This document shows positions 29,204-38,465 of a stretch of 64,000 bases of DNA, piece after piece. The stretch spans positions 3,482,305 through 3,546,304 of the forward strand of contig CBDCNM010000002.1 of NCBI GenBank assembly GCA_965219385.1, read 5' to 3'. Position 1 is the stretch's first letter. Each line of letters opens with the position of its first letter. The stretch comes from Candidatus Latescibacterota bacterium. Lineage in GTDB: Bacteria > Latescibacterota > UBA2968 > UBA8231. The notes beneath the pieces were generated by a model. The model had not been told where the DNA came from. It made no database searches and saw only the letters and a list, made by a program, of their open reading frames with translations. The translations under genes were made by a program, and so were the position numbers.

Positions 29204-29980
29204 ATGGTGCTAAGTCTATTATCCGCGTTCATCCTCGCCTTATACCCGCCCCTCCTCGAAGCGGCGGAGGGCGATGGCGTCCATCTACTGTCCGGCGGTG
29301 GAGCCATCGACGAACTCGACAACCTCGTGTGGCTGCCCCCCCGGGAGGATCAACCTGCCCGCCTGGTCCTCGGCGATATCCACGGTTTCCTCCACGTCTA
29401 CGAACAACGCGCCGATGCCTTTGAGGAGGTCTGGACCAGCGAATACCTTGAAAGCGCCATCAGCGGTCTCTTTGTCGTCGACATCAACGACGACGAGCAG
29501 GACGAACTGGTCGTCTCTACCGGCAAGGGACGCTTGTACTACCTGGACCTGAAGACCTATAGAACCCTGTGGAGCAATCCCTCCAATGAGTACGAGCGCA
29601 TTACCTCTCTGATCATCCACAACGTCGACGAGGACGAACAGCCCGAACTCATTTTCTGCGCCGACGGACGACTGGTTATTTACGATGCGCACCACCAGTT
29701 CGAGGAATGGGGCAGCGATGAGACCAACCTGGAAGCCACGGATTTACTGGTCGGAGATGTAGATGGAGACGGCGCCGACGAGATCGTGCTCAACAATGGC
29801 TATGTCTTCGACGCCCGGTTCCACGATCTCGAATGGCAATCTCCCCAGCCTTTTGGCCAGCGCATGGGCGTGCTCGACCTGGACAACGACGGCATCGTCG
29901 AACTCATAGGCGAGTTCAACGGGCGCTTCATCCGAATTTTCGACATTGACCTGCGCCGCGAAAAATCCATCGAACCTTAA
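29204..29980 (+). CDS. Secreted FG-GAP/VCBS-repeat hypothetical protein
   Basis: Likely start ATG at 29204 (signal peptide); four DxDxDGxxE-type repeats. Confidence 0.75.
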   Translation: MVLSLLSAFILALYPPLLEAAEGDGVHLLSGGGAIDELDNLVWLPPREDQPARLVLGDIHGFLHVYEQRADAFEEVWTSEYLESAISGLFVVDINDDEQDELVVSTGKGRLYYLDLKTYRTLWSNPSNEYERITSLIIHNVDEDEQPELIFCADGRLVIYDAHHQFEEWGSDETNLEATDLLVGDVDGDGADEIVLNNGYVFDARFHDLEWQSPQPFGQRMGVLDLDNDGIVELIGEFNGRFIRIFDIDLRREKSIEP

Positions 29981-29995
29981 CAAGGAGCAGCAAAA

Positions 29996-30988
29996 ATGTC
30001 TCGACCTGTGACCCTTTTTACGGGCCAGTGGGCCGACCTCGATAGCGAAACCATGTGCCAGAAGGCCCGCTCCTTCGGCTATGATGGTCTCGAACTGGCC
30101 TGTTGGGGTGACCACTTCGAGGTGGACAAAGCGGACGAAGCCTACTGCAAGGCCAAGCGCGAGCAACTCGAAAGACACCAGCTACAGCTTTTTTCCATTT
30201 CGGCCCATCTGGTAGGACAGGCTGTTTGCGACTGCATCAACGAGCGCCACCAGGCCATTCTACCGGACTCTGTGTGGGGCGATGGCGATCCCGAAGGAGT
30301 GCGCCAGCGGGCCGCGGCAGAACTTATCGCCACAGGCCAGGCCGCCGTGCGCCTGGGGGTTGACGTGGTCAACGGCTTCACCGGCAGTTCGATCTGGCAC
30401 CTGCTCTACTCCTTTCCACCGGTACCTCCGGACATGATCGACAAGGGCTACGAGGACTTTGCCCGGCGCTGGAAGCCCATTCTCGATGAGTTCCACACGC
30501 TCGGTGTCAAATTCGCCCTAGAGGTCCACCCAACCGAGATCGCCTTCGACATCGCCTCGGCCGAGCGCGCCATCCAGGCCCTGGATGGACACCCCGCCTT
30601 CGGATTCAACTACGATCCGAGCCACCTGGGCTACCAGGGGGTTGACTACGTCGAGTTCATCTACCGTTTCGCGGAGCGCATATTTCACGTCCATATGAAG
30701 GATGTGAGCTGGTCGTCAACACCGACCGAAGCCGGCGTCTTTGGCGGCCATATCGACTTTGGCGATCGTCGCCGCTACTGGGATTTCCGCTCTTTAGGGC
30801 GCGGCCGTATCGACTTTGAGGAAATCATTCGCGCCCTGAATCGCATCAACTACCAGGGCCCGCTCTCGGTCGAGTGGGAAGACAGCGGCATGGACCGGGA
30901 ACACGGCGCCACCGAGGCCTGTGCCTTTGTCAAAGAGGTCGCCTTCAAATCTTCCGATGTCGCCTTTGACGCCGCCTTTGCCGATTGA
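29996..30988 (+). CDS. Sugar phosphate isomerase/epimerase (xylose-isomerase-like TIM barrel)
   Basis: AGGAG RBS; FALEVHP, NYDPSH, HVHMKD and SVEWED metal ligands. Confidence 0.9.
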   Translation: MSRPVTLFTGQWADLDSETMCQKARSFGYDGLELACWGDHFEVDKADEAYCKAKREQLERHQLQLFSISAHLVGQAVCDCINERHQAILPDSVWGDGDPEGVRQRAAAELIATGQAAVRLGVDVVNGFTGSSIWHLLYSFPPVPPDMIDKGYEDFARRWKPILDEFHTLGVKFALEVHPTEIAFDIASAERAIQALDGHPAFGFNYDPSHLGYQGVDYVEFIYRFAERIFHVHMKDVSWSSTPTEAGVFGGHIDFGDRRRYWDFRSLGRGRIDFEEIIRALNRINYQGPLSVEWEDSGMDREHGATEACAFVKEVAFKSSDVAFDAAFAD

Positions 30989-31117
30989 GCCGAAAGCCTG
31001 CTCATCCATGCCGTACCAGCCCGGGACGGACCGGCGCCACATGAGCCGCTGGCTCCGGCTGATGCGCTACCAGTCCTGAAAAATCGTCCTCCGCCAGCTG
31101 GGAGGCGGGAGTTAGCA

Positions 31118-32671
31118 ATGTTCGTACCCCTGTTATTGCTGTGTACTCTGCTGGGATGGAGTTGCACCACCGAAACCCAGAACACCCTCGTCTTTGGTCG
31201 AGGTTCCGACTCTGTCGGCCTCGACCCGGCCCTCGAAAACGACGGCGAATCCTTCAAGGTCTGCGACAATATCTACGAAACCCTGGTCACCTACCAGGCC
31301 GAAAGCACGGCCATCCAGCCGCAACTGGCCAGATCCTGGGAGGTCTCCCAGGATCGCTTGAAATGGACCTTTAACCTGCGCACGGATGTGTCTTTTCACG
31401 ACCAGACTCCCTTTAATGCCGAGGCCATGCTCTTTTCTCTGGGCCGCCAATTCTTCAAAGACCACCCTTACCACAGGGTCAACGGCGCCTATAAATACTG
31501 GAAAGACATGGGCATGGACGATATCGTCGCCAGCATGGAGGCCCCGAACGATTCCACCTTTGTCTTCCACCTCAAAGAGCCCAATGCCCCCTTTCTCTCC
31601 AATCTGGCCATGAACTTCGCCGCTGCGGTCAGCCCCACGGCCGTGCGCCTGCACGGAGCTGCGTACCGCAAAAACCCGGTGGGCACCGGCCCCTTCCGCT
31701 TTGTCGAATGGCGCGAGGACGAGCGCATCGTTCTGGAGCGCAACCAGGCTTACTGGGGGGAAAAGCCCCGGCTGAACCGGCTGATTTTCAAGCCCATTCA
31801 GGACGCTTCGGTGCGCTTTTTGGAGCTGCGGACCGGCGCCATCCACGGCCTGGACAACCTGAGCCCTGAATTCATCCAAGAAATCCAGGATAACCCCGAG
31901 TTGAATTTGCTCAAGCAACCCGGCATGAACGTGGGGTACCTGGCCCTGAACATGGACAAATCCCCCTTCGATAACCGCCTAGTGCGCCTAGCGCTCAACC
32001 ACGCCATCGACAAAAAATCCCTGGTCGACAACTTCTACCAGGGTCTGGCCCTTGCGGCCAAAAACCCCATTCCCCCGACCCTGTGGAGCTACAACGACGC
32101 TATCCAGCCCTATCCTTACGATCCCGATACCGCCCGGGACTTCCTGGCCCAGGCCGGCTATCCAGAGGGATTTGAAACCGAATTGTGGGCCATGCCGGTG
32201 CCGCGTCCCTACATGCCGCAACCGAGCAAAATCGCCCAGGCCATCCAGGCGGATCTGCAAAAGGTGGGGATCCGGGCCAGGATCGTGCAGTGGGAGTGGG
32301 GCACCTACCTGGACAAGGTAGCCAGCGGCGAACACCCCATGGCACTGCTGGGCTGGACCGGCGACAACGGCGATCCGGACAACTTTCTCTACGTCCTGCT
32401 CGACCAGACCGCGGCCGAGAAACCCGCGCAGAACATCGCCTTTTACCGTAGCGCCGAACTGCACCGGATCCTGGTAGAGGCGCGCCGTAGCGCCGACCAG
32501 GAAAAGCGCATACAACTCTACCGGCAGGCCCAGGAGATCATCCACCGCGACGTCCCCTGGGTGCCCCTGGTACACGCCACCCAGACCGCGGCCTTCCAGC
32601 GCCGGGTGCGCGGTTTTAAACTGCACCCCACGGGCAGCAAGTGGTTCCACCCGGTGGAGCTCAGTCCGTAG
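31118..32671 (+). CDS. dppA: ABC peptide transporter substrate-binding lipoprotein (family 5)
   Basis: Lipobox LGWSC; LDP, YETLV, LARSW, PVGTGPF, RPYMP and GWTGDNGDPDNF motifs. Confidence 0.9.
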   Translation: MFVPLLLLCTLLGWSCTTETQNTLVFGRGSDSVGLDPALENDGESFKVCDNIYETLVTYQAESTAIQPQLARSWEVSQDRLKWTFNLRTDVSFHDQTPFNAEAMLFSLGRQFFKDHPYHRVNGAYKYWKDMGMDDIVASMEAPNDSTFVFHLKEPNAPFLSNLAMNFAAAVSPTAVRLHGAAYRKNPVGTGPFRFVEWREDERIVLERNQAYWGEKPRLNRLIFKPIQDASVRFLELRTGAIHGLDNLSPEFIQEIQDNPELNLLKQPGMNVGYLALNMDKSPFDNRLVRLALNHAIDKKSLVDNFYQGLALAAKNPIPPTLWSYNDAIQPYPYDPDTARDFLAQAGYPEGFETELWAMPVPRPYMPQPSKIAQAIQADLQKVGIRARIVQWEWGTYLDKVASGEHPMALLGWTGDNGDPDNFLYVLLDQTAAEKPAQNIAFYRSAELHRILVEARRSADQEKRIQLYRQAQEIIHRDVPWVPLVHATQTAAFQRRVRGFKLHPTGSKWFHPVELSP

Positions 32672-32674
32672 TCT

Positions 32675-33682
32675 ATGTACCTTTTCATCCTCAAGCGCCT
32701 CCTCCTGCTGCTACCCACCCTGCTCGGCATTTCCCTCCTGGTCTTCCTGATGATCTACCTGGTGCCCGGCGATCCGGCCCAGGTCATGCTGGGGGAACGC
32801 GCCAACGCCGAAACCCTGGCGGCCCTGCGGGCGAAGATGGGTCTGGACCAGCCCTTCCACGTGCAGTTCGGCCGTTTCTTCGCGGGGTTGCTCCAGGGCG
32901 ACCTGGGCCGCTCCATCCGCACCCAGGAAAAGGTTTCCACCGAACTCCTACAGCGCTTTCCCGCCACCTGCGAACTGACCTTCTTCAGTATGTGCATCGC
33001 CGTACTGGGGGGCATCACCGCCGGCCTTCTGGCCGCGGTCCGGCGCGGCAAACTGGTCGACTACCTCAGCATGATCGGGGCCACGGCCGGCATCTCCATA
33101 CCCATCTTCTGGCTGGCGCTTATGCTGATCCTCCTGCTCGCCGTGCACTGGCCGCTCTTTCCCGTCTCGGGCCGGATGAGTGCCTATATCTACCTGGAGC
33201 CCTGGACCCATTTCTACCTGCTGGACGCCCTCCTGGCCGGCAGCTGGAGTGCCTTTGGCGATATCCTCTGGCACCTCTGCCTGCCCGCCCTGGCCCTGAG
33301 CACCATTCCCATGGCCGTCATCGCCCGCATGACCCGCGCCAGTCTCCTGGAGATCTTGGGCGAAGACTACATCCGCACGGCCTGGGCCAAAGGCCTTGGC
33401 GAAAGGGCCGTGCTCCTGCGCCACGCCGTGCGCAACGCCTCCATCCCCACCCTCACCATCATCGCCCTGGAGTTCGGCTATTTGCTCGGCGGAGCCATCA
33501 TCACCGAGACCATTTTCGCCTGGCCTGGAGTGGGACGCTGGGTGTTTCTGGCAGTTCAGGCCCGCGATTTTCGGGCCCTACAGGGAGGAGTGCTGCTGCT
33601 GGCCACCATCTTCGTCTTGGTCAACCTGATCACCGATGTGCTCTACGCCTGGCTGGACCCGAGAATACGGTATGAGAAGTGA
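32675..33682 (+). CDS. dppB: ABC peptide transporter permease
   Basis: PGDP, GDLGRS, RFPAT, EDYIRTA.AKGL (EAA loop), ETIFAWPG.G and LDPRIR motifs. Confidence 0.93.
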   Translation: MYLFILKRLLLLLPTLLGISLLVFLMIYLVPGDPAQVMLGERANAETLAALRAKMGLDQPFHVQFGRFFAGLLQGDLGRSIRTQEKVSTELLQRFPATCELTFFSMCIAVLGGITAGLLAAVRRGKLVDYLSMIGATAGISIPIFWLALMLILLLAVHWPLFPVSGRMSAYIYLEPWTHFYLLDALLAGSWSAFGDILWHLCLPALALSTIPMAVIARMTRASLLEILGEDYIRTAWAKGLGERAVLLRHAVRNASIPTLTIIALEFGYLLGGAIITETIFAWPGVGRWVFLAVQARDFRALQGGVLLLATIFVLVNLITDVLYAWLDPRIRYEK

Positions 33683-33708
33683 GGCGATAAGGACCCGAAA
33701 CCTTCCAG

Positions 33709-34464
33709 CTAGTCCACTCGCTGCAAACGATCCAGCGGAATGCCCTGGGTGAATTTTTCTTCGGGTATACCCTTGCCGGGGATATAATCTCGGTACTCCA
33801 GGATAAGATCCGCCTCCCCTTGACGAATTTCCACCCGGCCGGGCAGGTACACACCGCCCACCTCCTGGTAGTCTTTCAACTCGCGCGACAGCAGCACCTC
33901 GCCATTGGAAAACGCGACTTCTTCCCGGGTTATAAACCCACGGTACAAATCAATCCAGACCCGCCGGGGAAAAGTCCCTCCCTCAAGAGGCACTATGGCC
34001 CGGTCGGCACGGGGATATTCGATCTTTCGCCCCGAGTCGACCCGGCCGGGTTCGACCAGGCCCAGGAGGGCGTAGCGAAGGTCGTAGAAACTGAGATCCA
34101 TAGGCGTTAGCAGCATCAGCAGGGCACCCCGGGCCGAGCCCTTCCAGGCCCCTGCCTTGTTGACTATGGTCAGCGAATCCGCCTGCAGGAGGGCGGTAAA
34201 GGCGTGGCTGAAGAGAGGACCGCGAACCTCCATCCGCAAAAGGTCCGGGCTTTTAAAAAGAAGAACGGCCGTGCCGCGATCCTTCTGGCCGGCCTGCTGG
34301 TAGGTAATGCTGGCCTCGGCCGTTAGATCCCCTATCTCCTGGAAATCAGCTGCAACCAGCCCCAGGAGGGTCTCAATACCCTCCCGAGGTTGCCAACCTT
34401 GCCGCAGCAACGGAGGTTGCGAGGCACAGCCCGCAACCAGCAGACACAGAAACCAAGGTTTCAT
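33709..34464 (-). CDS. LolA/LolB-fold-like (DUF4292-type) lipoprotein
   Basis: Lipobox LVAGC; PDLLRMEV.GP; Y....G..LP..VEI; follows a TPR lipoprotein gene. Confidence 0.65.
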   Translation of the reverse strand: MKPWFLCLLVAGCASQPPLLRQGWQPREGIETLLGLVAADFQEIGDLTAEASITYQQAGQKDRGTAVLLFKSPDLLRMEVRGPLFSHAFTALLQADSLTIVNKAGAWKGSARGALLMLLTPMDLSFYDLRYALLGLVEPGRVDSGRKIEYPRADRAIVPLEGGTFPRRVWIDLYRGFITREEVAFSNGEVLLSRELKDYQEVGGVYLPGRVEIRQGEADLILEYRDYIPGKGIPEEKFTQGIPLDRLQRVD

Positions 34465-34466
34465 CT

Positions 34467-36395
34467 CTAAGGAGTCCCGGTCAGCTCGAGCTTGCCCTTG
34501 ACCGCCTCGTTGTCAGGCTCCAGTTCCAGGGCCCGCTGCCAGTGGGCCCGCGCCTCGGCCTCCTTGCCCAGAGCCCGGGCAATATCGCCGGCGTGATCCA
34601 GAATGATGGCCTTTTCCTCGGCCTCGTGTTCGTCCAGTATGGCCAGGGCTTTGTCGAGGTAGTGCTCGGCGCGCTCGAACTCGCCCAGACGATAAAAAGC
34701 CCAGCCCAGGCTATCGAAAAAGGCACTGTTCTCAGGCACCAGCGCAATGGCCCGCCGCACCAGTTCCACCGCTTCCTCCAGCCGGATCCCCTTGTCCGCA
34801 TACATATAGCCCAGATAATTCAAGGCATAGGCATCGGTCGGATCAATTTCGAGCAGCTGCTCGAAGGTTTTGATGGCGTGATCGAAGTAGTCGCTGTCGC
34901 CACTGGCCCGCGCGGCCTGCTCGAAACACGAGCCCAGGTAGAACAAGACGTGGGGATCCTTGTCGTCGAGTTCTACAGCCTGGCTCAATTTCTCTATGGC
35001 CTCGTCCCATCTGCCCAGTTTTTCCAGGGCAATACCCCAGTGCAGGAAGACCTCGCTGTGGAGAGAATCCAGGGCGGCTGCACCGCGATAATGCTCAATG
35101 GCCTCGTCCCACTTTTGCTGTTTCCCCAAAACAATGCCCCAGCGAATATGCAGTTCGGGGTGGGGTGGATCTAGCTGCAGCCCCCGGCGGTAGACCTGGA
35201 TGGCCTGATCCCACTCTTCTTGTTGCTCCAGAGCAATACCCCAGTACCAGTAAAATTCGCTTTCTTCGGGATGGTGTTGCAGGCCCTGGCGGTAAATGTC
35301 GATGGCTTTCTCGAACTGCCCCGTGCTTTCCATGGCCATGCCCCAGAAAAAAAGGATGGAACTGCTGTCCGGCATGGCTGTCGCGGCCTGGCTCAGAATC
35401 TCATCGGCACGCTCGTAATTTTTCAGCGCAATGTAATATCGGGCCAGATCCAGCCATTCCTCCACCGACGCGGGCCGCAGGTCGACGATGTGTTCAAAGA
35501 CCTTGGTCGCCAGATTGTATTGTTTCCTGTCGAAGAACGTGCTTCCAAGCTTATAGAGAAAACCCGCATCTTCCGTGGCCAGAATTTCCTCGAGGTCCTT
35601 ACCATCTTGAATCAGGTTGGCCAGTTCGATAAAGGCAAGGGAGCTGGCGGACAACACCTGGGCTGCTCGACGGTAGTATTGAATGGCTCCGGTCGTATCC
35701 CCTCTGGCCTTGTGAAAATCGGCCAGCCCCAGCCAGGCATCTTCGACATCTGGATCTTTCTCCAGTACGGCCGTGTATATGGCTCTAGCCTTTTCCTGCT
35801 GGCCACTGCGAGCCAGTATATCCCCCATATTCACCTTGACCTCGACAGGTGTATCAGGGTGTTTCAGAGCGCGCTCGAACAGCGGCTCAATCCGCTTGGC
35901 GTGCTGATCCGCCTCCATATAAAGCTGCGCCAGCTGAAAATAGAGCCGCCAGTGGCGCGGCTGCGATTCAAGTAGCCTTTCCAGTGTCCTGATGGCCCCC
36001 GGCAGATCGCCGCTGAGCTGGAGGAGCTGAAAGTGGAGGTAACGCAATTCGGTGCGTTCCGGATCCAGCTCCAGGGCCTTGCGGGCAAAGACGGCAGCCA
36101 TCTGATAGTCGTGGATCTCATTGTAATCCCAGGCCAGCTGGGCGTAGATCGTCGGGGAGGTAGGATCGAGATCCGCGGCGTTGCGCAGAGCCACAATCGC
36201 AGCGTAATATTTATCCTGGGCTTCGTAGATCTTGGCCTTGACGAAGTAGTGCATGGCCAGCTTGCGCATGGCCAGCTTGCGCCGCTCTTCCTGGGAGAGC
36301 GCAGGCCCGGTAGAACGCCATTGCAACGGACCGGCACACCCGGCAAGCAGCCACAAACAGCAAAGACCAACAAAAAACAGCGATTCTTTTCGCAT
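34467..36395 (-). CDS. TPR-repeat lipoprotein
   Basis: Start MRKESLFF at 36395 with lipobox LLAGC; many TPRs; ALNYLGY..AD...DSLGW C-terminal motif. Confidence 0.9.
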   Translation of the reverse strand: MRKESLFFVGLCCLWLLAGCAGPLQWRSTGPALSQEERRKLAMRKLAMHYFVKAKIYEAQDKYYAAIVALRNAADLDPTSPTIYAQLAWDYNEIHDYQMAAVFARKALELDPERTELRYLHFQLLQLSGDLPGAIRTLERLLESQPRHWRLYFQLAQLYMEADQHAKRIEPLFERALKHPDTPVEVKVNMGDILARSGQQEKARAIYTAVLEKDPDVEDAWLGLADFHKARGDTTGAIQYYRRAAQVLSASSLAFIELANLIQDGKDLEEILATEDAGFLYKLGSTFFDRKQYNLATKVFEHIVDLRPASVEEWLDLARYYIALKNYERADEILSQAATAMPDSSSILFFWGMAMESTGQFEKAIDIYRQGLQHHPEESEFYWYWGIALEQQEEWDQAIQVYRRGLQLDPPHPELHIRWGIVLGKQQKWDEAIEHYRGAAALDSLHSEVFLHWGIALEKLGRWDEAIEKLSQAVELDDKDPHVLFYLGSCFEQAARASGDSDYFDHAIKTFEQLLEIDPTDAYALNYLGYMYADKGIRLEEAVELVRRAIALVPENSAFFDSLGWAFYRLGEFERAEHYLDKALAILDEHEAEEKAIILDHAGDIARALGKEAEARAHWQRALELEPDNEAVKGKLELTGTP

Positions 36396-36412
36396 AATAC
36401 TCGGTCTGTCCT

Positions 36413-37276
36413 TCAGGATAGAGCACGCTTGGGGTCCAGTGCATCTCCGAGGCCATCGCCAAAAAGATTCAAACCCAACACTACCGTAAAGATGGCAAAC
36501 CCCGGACAGGTCATCACCCAGGGCGCCTTGAGCAGGAGTTCCCGGCCTCCGGACAGCATGGCCCCCCATTCGGGGGTCGGAGGCTGGGCCCCCAGCCCGA
36601 GAAAACTGAGCCCCGCCGCATCCAGGATGGCGGTGGCCATCCCGAGGGTGGACTGAACCATCAATGGCGCCAGGCAGTTGGGTAGCACACTGCGCCAGAG
36701 GATGCGCCCATCCCCGGCCCCCAGAGCCCGAGTCGCTTCGATATAGGGCATTGCGCGAATGGACAGCGCACACGCTCTGACCAGACGAGTATACCGGGGC
36801 ACCATTACAATGCTTACGGCCACCATCACCTTGTCTATACCCGGGCCGATGATCGCTACTATGGCAATGGCCAGCAAAATGCTGGGGAAGGCCAGCATGA
36901 TATCCACCAGGCGCATGATCAAGGTATCGCTGAGACCGCCGCGATACCCCGCTACAAGGCCCAGCAATGTGCCCACGGAGAGCGCTAGGGAGATGGAGAT
37001 CAGACCAATGCGCAGGGAGATCCGCGAACCGTAGATGATGCGACTGAGGATATCGCGGCCAAAATCATCGGTGCCCAGAGGATTTGCCAGGGAAGGGGGT
37101 TGCAAGCGTTTATAAAGATCCTGCTCCAGAGGATCATGCGGGGCCAGAATCGGCGCCAGTAGGGCCACCAAGATCAAGCCGCCTACAATGCCCCCACCCA
37201 GTAGTGCCAGGCGATGTCGCTTAAGATGTTGCCATGTAGTGTAGAGCATGACGAAAGTTTGAATATAGCTTTTCAC
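36413..37276 (-). CDS. dppC: ABC peptide transporter permease, copy 1
   Basis: LGTDDFGRDILSR, YIEATRALGA and LSFLGLG...PEWG motifs; start GTG at 37276 or ATG at 37249. Confidence 0.92.
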   Translation of the reverse strand: MKSYIQTFVMLYTTWQHLKRHRLALLGGGIVGGLILVALLAPILAPHDPLEQDLYKRLQPPSLANPLGTDDFGRDILSRIIYGSRISLRIGLISISLALSVGTLLGLVAGYRGGLSDTLIMRLVDIMLAFPSILLAIAIVAIIGPGIDKVMVAVSIVMVPRYTRLVRACALSIRAMPYIEATRALGAGDGRILWRSVLPNCLAPLMVQSTLGMATAILDAAGLSFLGLGAQPPTPEWGAMLSGGRELLLKAPWVMTCPGFAIFTVVLGLNLFGDGLGDALDPKRALS

Positions 37277-37584
37277 TGCAAGGATGCAAACTGCTGCCCC
37301 CCTTTTTCATAGTAATCCCAGGCCAGCTGGGCGTAGATCGTCGGGGAGGTAGGATCGAGATCCGCGGCGTTGCGCAGAGCCACAATCGCAGCGTAATATT
37401 TATCCTGGGCTTCGTAGATCTTGGCCTTGACGAAGTAGTGCATGGCCAGCTTGCGCATGGCCAGCTTGCGCCGCTCTTCCTGGGAGAGCGCAGGCCCGGT
37501 AGAACGCCATTGCAACGGACCGGCACACCCGGCAAGCAGCCACAAACAGCAAAGACCAACAAAAAACAGCGATTCTTTTCGCAT
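37273..37584 (-). pseudogene. Truncated duplicate of the TPR lipoprotein N-terminus (103 aa, chimeric tail YEKGGQQFASLQ)
   Basis: Created by the duplication junction at 37311/37312. Confidence 0.85.
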
Positions 37585-37601
37585 AATACTCGGTCTGTCC
37601 T

Positions 37602-38465
37602 TCAGGATAGAGCACGCTTGGGGTCCAGTGCATCTCCGAGGCCATCGCCAAAAAGATTCAAACCCAACACTACCGTAAAGATGGCAAACCCCGGACAGGT
37701 CATCACCCAGGGCGCCTTGAGCAGGAGTTCCCGGCCTCCGGACAGCATGGCCCCCCATTCGGGGGTCGGAGGCTGGGCCCCCAGCCCGAGAAAACTGAGC
37801 CCCGCCGCATCCAGGATGGCGGTGGCCATCCCGAGGGTGGACTGAACCATCAATGGCGCCAGGCAGTTGGGTAGCACACTGCGCCAGAGGATGCGCCCAT
37901 CCCCGGCCCCCAGAGCCCGAGTCGCTTCGATATAGGGCATTGCGCGAATGGACAGCGCACACGCTCTGACCAGACGAGTATACCGGGGCACCATTACAAT
38001 GCTTACGGCCACCATCACCTTGTCTATACCCGGGCCGATGATCGCTACTATGGCAATGGCCAGCAAAATGCTGGGGAAGGCCAGCATGATATCCACCAGG
38101 CGCATGATCAAGGTATCGCTGAGACCGCCGCGATACCCCGCTACAAGGCCCAGCAATGTGCCCACGGAGAGCGCTAGGGAGATGGAGATCAGACCAATGC
38201 GCAGGGAGATCCGCGAACCGTAGATGATGCGACTGAGGATATCGCGGCCAAAATCATCGGTGCCCAGAGGATTTGCCAGGGAAGGGGGTTGCAAGCGTTT
38301 ATAAAGATCCTGCTCCAGAGGATCATGCGGGGCCAGAATCGGCGCCAGTAGGGCCACCAAGATCAAGCCGCCTACAATGCCCCCACCCAGTAGTGCCAGG
38401 CGATGTCGCTTAAGATGTTGCCATGTAGTGTAGAGCATGACGAAAGTTTGAATATAGCTTTTCAC
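37602..38465 (-). CDS. dppC: ABC peptide transporter permease, copy 2
   Basis: Identical translation to 36413..37276. Confidence 0.9.
   Translation of the reverse strand: MKSYIQTFVMLYTTWQHLKRHRLALLGGGIVGGLILVALLAPILAPHDPLEQDLYKRLQPPSLANPLGTDDFGRDILSRIIYGSRISLRIGLISISLALSVGTLLGLVAGYRGGLSDTLIMRLVDIMLAFPSILLAIAIVAIIGPGIDKVMVAVSIVMVPRYTRLVRACALSIRAMPYIEATRALGAGDGRILWRSVLPNCLAPLMVQSTLGMATAILDAAGLSFLGLGAQPPTPEWGAMLSGGRELLLKAPWVMTCPGFAIFTVVLGLNLFGDGLGDALDPKRALS

Noticed and set aside
36396..36773. N-terminal extension of the TPR ORF (and of 37273..37962)
   Set aside because: Overlaps dppC in another frame; the lipoprotein signal begins at 36395 (37584 in the duplicate).
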